DNA from: Balanoglossus misakiensis
Lineage: Eukaryota; Animalia; Hemichordata
Assembly (NCBI GenBank): GCA_040954595.2
Contig: CM082581.2
Coordinates: 10,167,099 to 10,231,098 of the forward strand
Length of the DNA stretch: 64,000 bases
Reading direction: 5' to 3'
A program made the position numbers and the translations under genes. Shown here piece by piece: positions 23,228 through 38,200 of the stretch. Each line of letters begins with the position of its first letter. Positions within the stretch are counted from its first letter, which is position 1. The notes under the pieces were generated by a model that saw nothing but the letters and a program-made list of their open reading frames with translations, did no database searches and was not told where the DNA came from.

Positions 23228-26200
23228 GTCTCGCAGGGAAATCATATACGGTAGATTAGAACGGAATTGTCCGTGCACCCTAAAACTGCCATATTGGGAG
23301 ATAGATGTACTGAATCAAAAAGTCTTTATGTTGTTTTGAATTCCACTTTATGATATGGACACAATAAGTTTTTACACATGTGTTGAATCTAGATAATAAC
23401 ATGATTGGGATGTTTGTTTCATTGTCTGTGTGTACTTAATGAATTCATTTGAATGGACCAGCAATCATGAATCTGAATCTGCTTGAGCTGTCAACCAAGA
23501 GCCCTCATGAGTCCAGTTCTGAAATACTTTTGTTTTTAATAGACACTTGTGTATGTGATGGCAATTTATGTCAAACTAAAGATGTATAGATCATGTGATG
23601 GAAACAATAAAAAGAAATGTGCCTTCTTTAACAAGTATGGGTCTGTCACTTACTAGTATACCATACCAACAAAAAAACATGGAAAAGCGCATGAAGGACA
23701 CCCAACAGAAAACAAATTCACTTTAAATAGACTTTATATTTTAATATTTCTACAAAATAACATTCATGACATTTCAGATGTGCAAAAAAAATCTCTTCAC
23801 ACTGTGGTCTGTTTCTCTCTCTCTCTCCTCTCAGACATTTATCAGAGTAATTTGTTACCAGCTATTTAGCCACTTTGTATAAATGTTGCTATGTTTCCAT
23901 ACAAGAAAATTGTTCAGACACCATGGAAATATGTGAAAAAAACTGAAGTAAATATAAATAGCTATCCGACGATCCAAGTATCCAAAAAGTACTCAATATT
24001 TCATATTTTACAACCTTTTCAGCCCTTGTGAGTTGAAAATTTCCAGTGGAGTGAAATAAAGGTCAGAGTTCAACTGCCACAATATTCTGAACTTCAACCT
24101 TTGGTGTGTGTGTGTGAGTGTGTGTACTAAATTACAATGAATACATATGCCAGTGAGTTTACTCACTTTCTATGTAGCTTGATTCAAAAGTAACGGTTTC
24201 AAATCCGAGTTTATAAATACTATTCCTTCATGACCAAATTTTGGTGTCTACAGAAAGGCAGTACAGCTTTAACTCATGGCAGTTCCCGACAAAGTAGAAA
24301 AAGTTTTAGTATTCTCAAAAGCAGTGTAACTCTTGCTCAAGTACACACGAGTTGTAATATGGGCACAGTTGATCAATATGCATAAAATTGGTGAAGGAAT
24401 GTGCAACATGTTTATAGCTCTGTCTAAAATGACAGAAGCCGTGCAGTGTGCTGTACGACCTATCCAATGAAGAGTGCCACCAGTTGCTACAGATAAGAAA
24501 ACGGTTGTTTATACAACGGCTGGTTCCAGAGTGACCGACCCACACCAGCTTATTTTAAGAGTTCAGGCCGTCCTTTTCACCTTGAGGAAATATTTTGACT
24601 TGGACATACCAGATAAAAAGTGGTGTGGCTGTACATTAATAAAACACCAGTATCAACGAATTCCCTCACGACTCATATTATTTCGTTCAAGAGATATGTC
24701 AATTAGAAAAATAAATGCACCAGATTTAAATCGCCAAATGGCAAGTGCGACATAACTTCTCCCAGTGTTCACAAAAGCTTACATACTTGCAGTGCTAGAC
24801 ACTGGACTCACTCTGTATCTGTGTTCGAGTTTGCTCTGGAGGATTTTTGTTTCCCCCTGTACTATTTAAACAACACACCTTGTTCGTGGTTGGATACAAA
24901 ATGGTATATGATTGTTCATTCAATCAAAAGAAATGTTTTGAAACCGTGAAAAGACAGTCAGATTTTGATATCTCAAATGTCAAAACAGAGTAGTGATATG
25001 TGGGCTGAAGCTTCTGGAAAAATTATTCAACTATGTCACCGAAGCAAAAGAATTAGAATGTTATGAACTATGACAGCTAAAACAGAATGAAACCTGCATT
25101 TACAAAAATCTCAAATGAAGGATGTTGTCTGTACTGAAGGCAGTCTTCAACTGTGTCATGTGACAAAAATTCAGGACACACAGACATCCATTTACCCTGC
25201 TTTTCCAATAAGCACCTTGGTTTACTTTTCACATAAACTAAACTGAACTATTTTGATAAAGCTAAATTGCTGCAGGTACAAAAGAAAAAAATATTGTAAA
25301 CTGTGTAGCTGTGACATGATTTTTTTACATTTTTTTCCACAATTTTGCAGCCAAATTTTGACAAACATGATTTAGTGTGTTGGGTGACTGCACTACAACA
25401 CAGCAAAGCAAAGAACAGGAATCACAGTAATAGAGATGTGGGTCTTTAAGATTGACAAGTTCTGTCAAGACAGAAACACAGTGTCACCCTTTTGCAAAGG
25501 ACTATAATTCTCCCAAACGGCCGAATCAAAGCCATTTTATGCTAGTTTTCTCCCTCTAGGGCCAACAAAAGTGATTGTCTCTAACAAGCAAATTTGAACA
25601 ATAAATAACAAAGGTGGTGCACAGCTTGCGAAAACAGCATTATCCAATATTTGCCGTGTAATGAGAACACAAGTATGTCTGAATATAATTTAAAGAAAAA
25701 TTTTAAAACATCGATTGTGGAAAATGTACCCCATGAGTTGGTGAATTCTCTAACGCCACCAGTTTGGTGTTGTCAAACCTGACTGATTTGAGCTGATCGA
25801 AGCATTACAGCAAAGGAGACTTTTGATAGGTCTATTTGGAATAAAATTATGCGATTTGTTCAGTTGAGACAAGAAGCAACATCTGATTGGCTGAGGGACT
25901 GTGGAAAATTGGTGAAGATGTGGTTGTCTGTGGGTGACGTGTAGTTGCCATTATCCAATACCACACTAAATTATACTTGCGTACAACAAAAAATATTAAA
26001 ATTTGGTATCTTACAACTGTAAAACACATTGCACACAAATCACACTACAGAAGAGGTTTCCAATGCTTATAAAAGACACCAAGTAGTTCAAATTCTAAAA
26101 AAATCCTTTTTTACAAACAGTCTCACGAAGTAACGATGCATTTAAGCTTTTTAAAAAGGAGCAGTGAGATACCCAAGTTTAAAAAAGTTTGCAAATAGAC

Positions 26201-26270
26201 TCATCAAAACTTTATAGTATAATTATACACACAAGTACAAAGCTACAATAGCACAACATACATTCCTTTC

Positions 26271-29200
26271 TCAAACACTGGTCTCTTTTTTCCAGTTCGA
26301 TTTTTTCTTTTTACCGCTTTTCGAAACTGAACCGTCTGGCGAGTCGACTGTCGAACCGTCATCCGACTCAGCGGCAGACGACACGTCCTCTTTGCTGCCA
26401 ATGTCTTGTTCATCATTGAGTTCCTTACTCTGACTTTCAAAGTCGTTTTGACAGACATCTTGGCATACATCTTCGTTACTGACAGGGGTCAGGAGTTTGG
26501 CCGTTGAGCTATCGGGTGTTGATGCCTTCTGTTTAATGTTCTGTGATGACGATTCTCGGCTTATTTTACCCGCCCGGCTGAGGCTGCTCTCTCGCGACGC
26601 GTCCCTCGGGAGACTGTTATGCGACCGGCTGTGGGTCTCCTTCTCCACAGGCACTGTCTCTTTGTCCTTCAATCTGCCGGGCAACGTGCTGGCGTTGACG
26701 TGCGAGTTGGCCTCGCTGCCGAAGTGGCTGGGCCCGCCGCGCACCGTGGACGCCTGGCTCTCCGGGAAGCTGGAGTGGCTGTCCGCCACACTGCCGCGAC
26801 TCTGCGGCCGGTTGTCCCCCCTGCCCAGGCTGTTCATCATAATGTCTCTGTTCTGCATGAACTGCTGGGGGTAGGCGTGGGGGTAGGAGTAGGGGTTGGT
26901 GTGGCTGTGGGGATGGGATTGAGCAAAGGGGTGCGGGTGGGGGTGGTGGTGGGACCGCGAACTGTACTTAATGTTTGGTGGACGGTTTTTGCTCTTCTGC
27001 ATGTGGTGGCGCTGGGCGGCAGTGCCGTTTGGTCTCTGTTGCAAGACGTAGGGGTGAGTTCTACTGTCAACTGTACTGATTGAATGGTCGGTGTATGTCG
27101 TAGTCATCGCAGCGGGGGCATCCAAGTACACGTTAGGTGCTTTCCGACCAGTGGGCACTGGCCGGTACGACGGGTTGGAGTGGTACGACCGATTCGTTGT
27201 GTTGGACCTGTTGGTATAGGAGGAGTCTATGCTACTGGCCGACTGCTTGTGGTGATAGATTTGCCCGTTGCTCTGCAGCCCCGAACCGCCATCCACGGAG
27301 AACGCGTAGCGCGTCCTGCGCTGGCAACCGCAGCAGCGCCGCCAGCCCAGCCGAACGTCGTTGCGCATCACGCAGTTGTAGAAGAAGATGAAGATGCCCA
27401 GGGCGGCGCTTGTCGCTCCGTACAGATAGCTGAACATCAAGTTGAGGTAATATTCCTGCGTTATGGCCATGGCTCCGCACACCCACATGGCCAGGAAGCA
27501 GAACAGCATGAAGACCAGCGACCGCAGCTGCGACTGGAAACTGTGCTCGGCGTCCAGGAAACTCGTCGCGACCGACGTAGCCACAGTGTGCGTTCCCAGC
27601 GACTCCAAATCCGTGAGCGGCAAATCCCGTTCGGCATTTTCATTCTCCCGGTTCTGTTCAATCTGCTTGACTTCATACTTTCTCGGCAGCGACTGTAACT
27701 TCCTCGATGTGCTCACAAAGTACAGGATATTCACCAAAAACATGATGTTGACGAACGCCAAGAAGGATATCATCTGCAGACTGGTCTCAATGTTCGTCTG
27801 GACTTCCAACCAACAACTGAAAAGTACAAAGATGGTTAGTCGCATTTTCATTTTAAAAAATCATCAAATATTGTGGTTCCTACCTAGTATTCAAAAACTA
27901 CAGTGCAACTGTATTTTCATCCTACTGCCGAACCCTAATGACCTATAGGGACACTTACTAATCTGATCCTCCATATTTTTCATAATCCGCAGCAGCACTG
28001 ATGCCCACTACAATGACCGGTAACCCTGTAACAAAAAGAACAGGAAAATAGAGTTTATTTTTACAAGCATTTTTGAATCAGGTTAATTTAAAACTGAGGA
28101 GTTGGTAGATTTTTTAGAGGCCTTGTTGTTCAGCTCTTACATCACCCTGTACTTTGATTGTCCGAGCCACTAATACTCACCCCATCCAACGAAATAAAAT
28201 CTGAGCATCGGTCTCGGAGGTGGTGGCGGTTCACCCGGTGGCAACACTTTGTCTTTCTTGCAGATGCTTCTGTTGAGATTCCTGGCTGCGATGGCCAGCC
28301 AGACCAGCGTACACAGAGTGAAATAGTGTATGGCCACACCGATGACGTAACAGGCTTCGACCGGTTCTGCCTTGTTGATGCCAAAGGTACCAAATGTCGC
28401 CACTGTCATCATTATGCTGACGCTCAGATTAAGCATGCTGTGTACACTCTTTCTGGAGAGACGAATTTGGCTGCAAAAATGGCGGAGTGGAAGAAAAAGT
28501 TAAATAAAGAAACGGCTAAACACTTAGAGAGAGAGAGACACACACCACACTTCAGCAGTGAGCACAGACACTCAAACAGCCATGGGCAATTAACATTGCC
28601 ACTGCACAGCCTCAGCTCAACTTACCTGTTGAAGAAAGCATAGGTCATAATGGTGGCCAGAATGGCTATGATGCACACACTGCTGCCAACATACACAATG
28701 GGTTGTAAAAGTCCTGTGCGCCACCTGTCCATTCTCTCCATGTGACTGTCAGGAGTGTTCAGATCCTGCCAGAGGAGGGACATATAAACAGTTGACATGC
28801 AGTTATGTCATAAACGGCTGTTACCTTGCACAGCTGTGCCAAAATATAATATAACCCTTTGGGGTTCGTCTGATCTCAATGATGAATACAGGGCAACCTT
28901 TTTGCTGTTTGATGTTTCAGATACAACACAAAATTGAAAGCTGCCCTTCTTCTTGTGCAATATAGCTCTAATGTCACTGTGCACTTAAAATTGGGGACAC
29001 ATTTATTTAGTAAAAGTTTGCTTTCTGTACAAAGCAGCTCTATCGCAAATCTTCTTTACATTTGCTGGTCAACAACCACTGATTTCTATAATATTTGTTG
29101 ACTAATGCTCACCTTCAAAATGGCAAAATTCGTCAGATGTGAGCAGTGAACCGACGTCTTGTTCTCATCTTGTTGAACGATCCTGCAACCAGTGGAATCC

Positions 29201-32200
29201 CAGGCACCGTTGCGAGCTGTGGGGCAGATGTTGAGAACGCATGAGATTATGGTTTAAAAGTACACAGTTTCGATACACTGTCTCCAATTGTATCTTCCAC
29301 ATTTATTCCATCATGGGGACAACAAGCTTTGTTTCAGAAAAAACCTGACAATCAGATCACATCTCTGCATGTCTCTTCCTCCACATAAGGAAGGCTGACA
29401 ATTCTTTACTTGATCAAAAAGGAACCACAATTAAAAAATGTGACTTACACAGCGCTTCAAAATTCCAAAATGCAGCGATGGGATCGGCACCTTGCTGGTA
29501 AGGCCTGAAGGTCAGAATGACCGGCTCTGTCAGGTTTTGCAAAGTGAAACCAGCTGTAATGAGACAGTGGAAATGTTATTGAGGATACAACTACCACATT
29601 ATTGGGGAAATTGGAATGTTGGTATTGGAAAGGACTGTGAGCCACAGCTAGATTGTGCAAAACTGGCGATTCCTCGAACATCCGGCTCTTACCGATTTTG
29701 CTGGATATCACACTGGTGGTCACTTTCCGTTTGCCATTATTGGAAGCGTAGTAAGTGGTGTTGCCAGTGTTCGGGAACAACTTGCCGTTCTTGTAGACGA
29801 GAACCTGTAGTCTGTAGGTTGTGTCCCGGTTGATGCCGTGAGTCTCACGCAGCTTGCCGAATAACGAAACTGGCAGTTGTATAGAAGCTTCCACCGGCTG
29901 CAGAAGAACAAGATTCATGTCGTCTGTCATCTTTCCATGAAACAAATTTTGTCTTTTGTTTGGTCTGAAGTTCTTCTTTTCAAAAAGATTCCAGAATGAG
30001 CTGAATGAAACACTTGCTTCGCAGCATTACTAATAGACAATGCATCTTTAACCCTTGGCAACCTGCTTGGAAGAAAACTTCCAAATGTCCTCAACGATCA
30101 CTGGGGAGTCAGAGCGCAGAGTGTTAAAGATGCATTGCCCATTTCTAAACTACGTTTCTTAGTGATAAAGACTCTGTTTTGTTTACCTTCTCATCTGTAT
30201 CCAGCTGCGTGCTGGTGATGTTTGCTGTGTAACAAGCAAAACGTTTGTCGGTGTACGCAGCAGTGACACCTTCGTCTCCGACGAACGTTGCACAAGTGAT
30301 GAAATCTCCATCGAACGTGGTCGGTGTACGGAAAGCTTTCAGCACGATGTTCGGTGCAATGTGGTCCAGAATTTTCACTCTGCTCAAGAGGACATCGCTG
30401 GCAAACTTCTCTAACGACATGACGATTCTGTAAAGAAAAACATGAAAGAAAAACTCTAGCATTTATTAGAGAAATTACAGTAACCCAAAAGGGGTATGTA
30501 ATGCTCTAGTCTTTCTGGGAGATTCCTCGCTGAATGGAAACACAGTATGGGTTACAGTTGCAGCGTGATTCTTCTTTGTCGTCACTCCTGTAAGTGCATG
30601 CCCACATCGCCCTCTATAGGCAGATGTTCGTCAGGGCCTTACCTGCTGCAGGCACGCTCAACCTCTTGAGCAGAAGCCAGGAGTTCTTCTTCCATTTCCA
30701 TCACATTGCTGGCGACGTTAATCATGGTTCTACCAAGCTGTGAAAATAATGGAAATACTCAGCGTCAGACAGCTATTCAGGGGACAATATCCATGTCAGT
30801 GCAGTGCCTAAAAGCATTTTCGTAGTTTTAATCTGTATCAGAAAGAGAAAATATGCGTTCTGTACTATTTAGAAACCAGTGTATACCATCAGAGAGTGTG
30901 AATGTGAGTGTGGCTGTGCTTCTACACATTCTGGCAGCCATCTTTAAAAATAGCTTTTGAAGGTCAGAACATGTGCAATTCACCAGTCAGGATCTAAGAC
31001 TTCCATCTGGCTTGACAAGACATCTGAGCACACAAAGACTCTATTTCCACACCACATCTTTTAATGCTGTATTTCATTGGGTGTGGGGGCGGTGGAGACA
31101 ACTACCCATACCAGGAAATATTTACCAATAAAAAGCAAGTCTTATCTCACTAGTTGGAAAACCTGACAATAACCACTTTAAACTTCCACCTTTTATGATC
31201 TGTTGTCCCTTATTTTTTCAGAAAACTTTCCAAAAACCATTTTCAAATAAACATTTTCTCCAGCACTGACCTCTTTACCGACTGTACAATTTCAATTGAG
31301 AGTTTGCAACAAAAACCCACTGGCAACAGAAACTTGTATAAAAAATTCAAAATTGCATGAAGCACACCCAGTATTCCTATCAATTATACAAAGAACACAA
31401 AGAAATCATCTCCATCCTTCCCGAAACCTTTTATGATGTCGAGGACGTTAAAAATTCATCAAGTTCTGGGAACAGAAAAATCTGAAACATGTATTTATCC
31501 ATTGTCACTTTCCTAAAACAGCGTTTGATGGCAACGTACTAGAAACACTCAGTGAAGGTCTGATAGTCTGGATCTGAGAATGTTTCATAAATTGTTCTCA
31601 GATTTGCCCCAGGGAGAGGATAAGATTAAAAGAACTGGAACTGCTGAGCGCTACCAAAAAATACTCATTTTAATCCCCACAGCAACAGGACACCCTTCTA
31701 GAACACTATCAACAGTATCTGTCAAAGGAAGTTTTCTGTCTTTCTCATGGAAGAAAGAGCAATTCTGTTGATAAGAACAATTAGAGCATTACGTTACGAC
31801 AGTTTTGTCACCAGGTTTGTAATACTGTAGTGAATTACACTCGGGACCGCTCTCGCTACCTTAGATCACCATGATGAATCCAAAACCAAGTCACAGTAAC
31901 TGTGTACTCTCATACCCAATGAATTGTTCAACTCCAAACAAAATCACCAGCACACGTGCTATCAATTACAAAACAGTCCATTGTGCACAATCAACCCACA
32001 AACATTATCGAAATTCGGAAATCACAGCCAACAGAGCATAATACAATTATGAAATTCTATAGCCCTGGTTAACAAAGAGATTTTTCATTATCGAGATTGA
32101 TCCAGCCATGAGAAAAACTAATTATGTACAAATTAGTCTCTGGTGTTGCTGCACATGAAATTTAGCAAGCAGGATTGACGTTTCCCACACAACATGGCAC

Positions 32201-35200
32201 AGCCTGGATGAGAATTATTCAATAAATCATGCATATATTGAATTATATCCAAGTGTGTATTTAGTTTGTTTATCTTGGCCCCTTGATAAAGTGGACAGAA
32301 AGTTCCAACAACATGTCTGTTTAAACTTCTTTTCCTATCTTAGTCTACTTCGATTGTTACCCAAAACTGTCAAATATTGCAACATAATCGTCACTTATAT
32401 TTTATTTCAAAAATACTTCTCTTTACAAAGTAATGACACTGAACATGAAATGGCTTTCAGTAGAAGACATTTGAAAACTGACTTCATTGATATGAAAATA
32501 ACACTATTTTGTGAGTTAGGCTGGCTAGCAGTGACTGGGGTATTGTCTATAATTTATCCAATTTCACACATCACTGACAAATTCAATATCCGCTGTGATT
32601 AAATGGAATATGAACTTCCAAAATATTATATGATCACCTCTCAAAGCAGAGTCATGGCAATAGATAATTTTCTGTCCCGCAAGAGATCTCGCGAGATCAG
32701 CTGCATTTCAGTTCAGCAACATTCAACACAAGACAACTTTCCACTCAAAATGGCGGCATAGCATGTACTTGGTTACAGAGGGCACCCTTCACAGCAAGTC
32801 TTTTTTTTGCTATTTTTGTATACTATGGCAAACTACTTATTTGGTGAAAAAGATTCTATCCCATTTGCAGATGAGACAAGGAGGAATTTTTAAAATAAAC
32901 TTGGGAAAATGTACATCAGATATACATATGGAAGGAGGATGTAATGGTATTTGGAAACAAAACACTGTACGGACAATGGGGAATTCTTCAAAGCACTGTT
33001 TAGTGCCATATGTTGTAGAATACAACGAATTGCGCCTAACACGTGGTAACAGAGAACGATCAACACAAAGCGTACAATATGGAACATGATAACGTGATGA
33101 GGTGCAACCATGAGACAACATCGGGTATCAGAGTGCAAGACATGCTGTGGTTTTTTTTTGCAGTTTTCTCCATCTAAAACATTAGCCACTAATGCCACTG
33201 TGGATACAGGTAGATTTATTGGTGGCTATAAATTAATTCTGAATATCAACATGATAAGCTAATTAGAAACATAACTCAAAAGCTATTTTTGTTAGACCGA
33301 TTAATTACCATAACAACAGGAACAAAATTAAAACAGAAATGATTTGCAGTCTTGCAACTTGAGGTGGTAGAATTTTGGTTCTTTTTTTCTTCTGAAATTA
33401 CTAATCCATGAAAGTGACAACTACTGGGTCTGAGTTAAACATGAGGATATAGTGGGAATAGTTGTGAACACATTTTGCCATGATGCATGGCCGTTCCATT
33501 CACTTGTTGACGAAATGGCACTTTTCATGCTCAACAGAATGGAAAAAGAAGAAGATAGGCTCTACATCAAATTGACTCCAACGCTGCCTCTGTAATAACC
33601 AGCCATTCAATTTCCATATGAATGCAGATGATACGGGTAACATGTCTGGTCCTTTGTTGCAATTTATGTGAAATCTCATCTTCGCAAGCAGAGACAGGAG
33701 ATCGTTCACGTCTCAAATATCACTTTTTTGAGAAACAAGTCATGCATCCCAGCCACTTCCCTTTGTTGCAGAATATTCTCCATTATTTATTTGTCTATTA
33801 TTTTATTCATGAGCTGGCGTGTGCGGATGACAAAAGCCTTCGGTGTTTAATCCAGGACTTGATCAAACTTTCAAACAGGGAATGCACACGCCTGGTATAT
33901 TAGGAGTTGAATGATGGGTCCCTTTCTCCAGTTCAGTGGCAAATTGATTCTAAAAACTGTGACCGCTTGCGAGACTACAGTGGATGATAGCTATCTGTTG
34001 CCAAGAAAACAACAACAACTCACGCACTGTTGGAATTTCTGATACAATGAAATAAAAACCTTGGAAATATGGTGACATAACTGCATTGCCACGAGCTGGA
34101 GACTTTAATACCCTTGTGACAAGCAACTTTTAAGCATGCGCTCAAATCTAACGCAGAAGGCTGTTGATTCAATAACGGACATTTTACCAGTGTATTATGC
34201 AAAAAACACATAAACAGGTTATTTCGGTAAAGGTACACAACGGATAAAAGCTATAAAGGCCAGGAGTAAAAGATTTATTGCGGTTTATCTTTTATTACAC
34301 AAATGTTCCCCCCATAAATGATGGTCTCGTAAACTAATTGTATAGACCCGATTTGATGTTTCGGAAATGCTTAAAGACTTTATCCGTAATATCTGATACG
34401 CTTTCAAATTGCTTTCACAGTATTGTATGATGGTGTGTTTGCCCGCTGCAAGTGAATATGGCTTCCGTATCCATTTCACCCCAATCTCCCTGTACAGAGG
34501 TCCAACTTTTCCGTAAAAAGCAATGGAGTCGGACCAAACCAGGGCAGGGTTATGCCCAGTCCAAAACACTTGAATTCACAACGCTAAACATATCACGCAA
34601 GAATTCAGAGTGATGGTTTTCCGATTAATACTGACAATTTTCTGAATCCACGGTGGACGTGCTCGTCACGTTCAAATTGAAGTTTGGCTTCAATTACTAA
34701 TTGGACTCAAGTTGGTAAAGGACACCACATAATCTTTAATAGGAAGCAGACCCGCAGGAAATAATATGAAAAATTAATTTCAGCTCACGCAGTTTAGGAT
34801 TGAGTGTTACAGGCTGAATCCAAATGAGCTTGTCAGTGAAATTTGGCGCTAGTTTCTCTTTCAGCCTCTGGATATATGCAGTGTCAATTGTTGCATGTAA
34901 AGTTTGCCTTGACCCTCTACTATACAACCCACACCTTTACATCAAATAAATACTTACCTGTTCATCTGTAAATTTACTAAACTGCTCCATGACGCGGGCG
35001 ATGAAAATTGCATCCATCTTGTCTTTGAACGAATGTGCATCCGACGTCTGCATTTCCAAATCTCTGGCCTTTTTCAAGGCATTGGTAGCGTTGATCTCAC
35101 TCTGGAGGAAACAAGTACCAAACACTAGTCACACACACAGCAGGGAATTATCAGTGTTGTAGTGCTCGCACTTTGACGGTTTATTCACCAGAATTTGATT

Positions 35201-38200
35201 TCTATTTGCATTGAGAAAAAACGGAAGACAAACCGCACACTAAAATGAAAGGCTCTGAAATGCTTCAGGAGCATAAAAAGCATCTTTTCAGATGTTACAA
35301 TAAAGCTGGCCTGATACATCAAATATGGCACATTGCGTAAAGTGCGTTCCATTCAGTGGAAGGGAACAATTGTACGCTTTCATCTGCTATGAGTCAGATT
35401 AAAACTTAAATTAATGCTGCGACGTCTTGACTTAATCTCCCCGGGCTGGCTGAGCAATTTTAAGTTGTTTTCAATCAAGCTCGGAGGTGCCATCGAAGCA
35501 GCGCTTAAAAAAACCTAGGTGAGTGGAGGCCTGCAGCCAAGGAATAAAATTAGACGCAGATATCACCGAGGCTTCTGGCAGAAGTTCTGATGAGAAACTG
35601 AGAAACTGTGCAGGATCAGCGATGTGAAATATGAGTGGATTATTTTGAAGTCTGTTGTTGGACAGAGTGGTGCCATATTTCCCCTTCACTTGATATTTTC
35701 AAGCTGGAATTCTGATCCAGGACAAATATGGCTGTTTATATCAGTTCCGGATTAAGAGAATCTTACTTCCAAGGACTTCGGATATGATTCTTGAATGAGA
35801 TGGGGACACTGTGCCACTGGATAATACTTTTGCACATAAACTACAAGTGAAAGCTAAAAAAATGACCGTTTTACTCGAAACAGAATTTTTGTGTCAAACA
35901 GGACACAACACAAGAACGCTAGAATAATTGCAGTTCCAACCACTTACCAGAGACAACCTCTCCAACCACTGAGTGTTGCTACTAGCATACTGGCAAGAAG
36001 ACGTGTCCGCTTTGTCCCACACACCGCCAACTTTGCACTGACGACTGGCGGACGGTGTCATCAACCTGCCACCACCGAAGCTTGTCTTGGGACCTTGCGG
36101 ACATCGTTCAAATGTTTTCACACCAGCTACAGTCATGGGCCATCTTATTGTCCCTGTCATATGAACATAATTCTGCATGTCACTAGTAGTATGCATATAG
36201 TTACCGCTCATGTGGTCAATAGCATGCATCTGTTCCCCTCTTAAAATAGCATACCGATACAGGCCAACATTTGTTCTTTGGCAATCCCTACAAAACATAT
36301 TCCTTTAAGACAAACATTCCTGCAAGAAAATCATGTGAACAATTTTGACTTTCAGATTTTTTTCACACTTGTCAACAGTTGTAAAAAATGTGAAGATGAT
36401 ATCAGTCAATATAGGTTGGAAGAAACTGCCAGATTGAAAGGGGAAGCTAATTTGATATCACTAGTCGAAGAAGCCACACACTGGCATGTCAGATTGATAA
36501 CAGTGAAGTCATATAACCATACACAGCCAACTACGTGCACACTGCTAATTTGGATAAATGCTCTAAAAATATACATTTTTGCCAGCCATACCTAACGGCA
36601 CCAAGACTCGGCATTTAGGGAAAAGTAATCTTCGCGGCACAGATCAAATTTCCGTATAATTATTACAAAAGTGTGGATGCTACCTCCGTGAAGGCAATTA
36701 AATGATCTCATATTTTGTTTTTAATTGGGATTGAGGACAGTCGACATCCTGGGTCTTCCGTCCCTTGGGTGAAAGAGTGGAACTGTGAAAATAGAGATGT
36801 CCCTGCAATGGGGGAGTGATGGTAATTTGAGTAAGCAAGCTGCAGAGAATTTTACGCATCTGTCGTGAATGTTTTTGTGACGTTTGTGTCACAAATAGTG
36901 GACAGAATCTGTCCAAATGAAATTACATGTACATGTATGTTGTGGAGAAATGTTTCTAGTGCTTTGTGTCGTGCCATCAGATTACTTTTCTGCTAGAAAG
37001 CAGTTAAGGTGAGAAATAGATTTTTATGGATAATGCTGCCTGACAATGGGAGATGACGAATTCTCCAGTACCTTTATTATCCGTTGATATTTCCGATTGG
37101 CAGAAGTCAGCGGTGTTCTCCAGAACGATGATGCTGACGCTGCGAGATTCGTTGCCCCTGGATGTTATCACTCGGCATTCCCACACCCCTCCACTGCTCT
37201 TCTCCAGTCGTTCGATCGTCAACTTGCTGGTCACCCGGGACTGGTCGGGGGTCAGCTGGGTAACCACGGTGACCCCCGCTGTCTGGTTGTTGGACACCTC
37301 TTTCCTCATCTTGTACCAGATGATTTTGGTGGTGTCGTCCAAGAAATAGGCCGTGCAGGTCAGTGGCAGCTTGTCGCCAAGGAACACAACTTGGTTGTTG
37401 GGCGGAGTCAGCTCGAAGTACGGCAGTTCCAGAGGGTCGTCTGCTCAAATCAATGAATAATTCCAAACAGGGCACATTTCAGCTATGATGTTCTACATGT
37501 ACGTTTAATAAATTGATCAAGTTTTCAAATTTATCAATAAATACATCTACTCCTTATCTGAGTGATCAAAGGCCAGGCCTCCATCTAATTTTCTGAACAA
37601 TGATGTACCCAAGTCCTGTCTGTTTGAAATACGGTACTCCATATACTCGGTAAGCTTCAGTACCCCATCGAAACAAACACCTTTGAACTATGCTTTGAAC
37701 CATGGTCTTTTTAGTACACCCCATAGTTCCTTTAATGCTTGACTGACACAATCTTCACTGTGCAAGTGCATACCTTCACTGCATGACACAATGTGCCATT
37801 CGCTTTTTATACACCACACACTGCAATTAGGGACGACCAGAAGCATGAACAATATACATACCACAACTGAGGTCCCTCTTTCGAACGTTCCTCACTTCTT
37901 GGCCTTTAAGAACCCTGGGATATCTACACACTGTTGACTCAGAGATTTTCTTGTCTCCATTTTTAGCCCATTTGATTATCCACCTGAGCAGACAGTCGCA
38001 CATCAAGTAATCAGACTGAAAATCTCTGAAATGAAGAATACGTGAACATTATTTCACCATTATTTCATGAGGGAAAGATCTCTTAAATGAAAGAATGCAT
38101 GAACATTATTTCATCATTATTTCATGAAGGGAGAATCTCTGCACTGATCTCAGGGTCATTCTGTCCCAGTTGTAATAGGCTCATCATTTACACCATCATT

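Noticed and set aside
26497-27948. Several long plus-strand and alternate-frame ORFs (125-204 aa)
   Set aside because: Shadow frames of the GC-rich ADGRA last exon.
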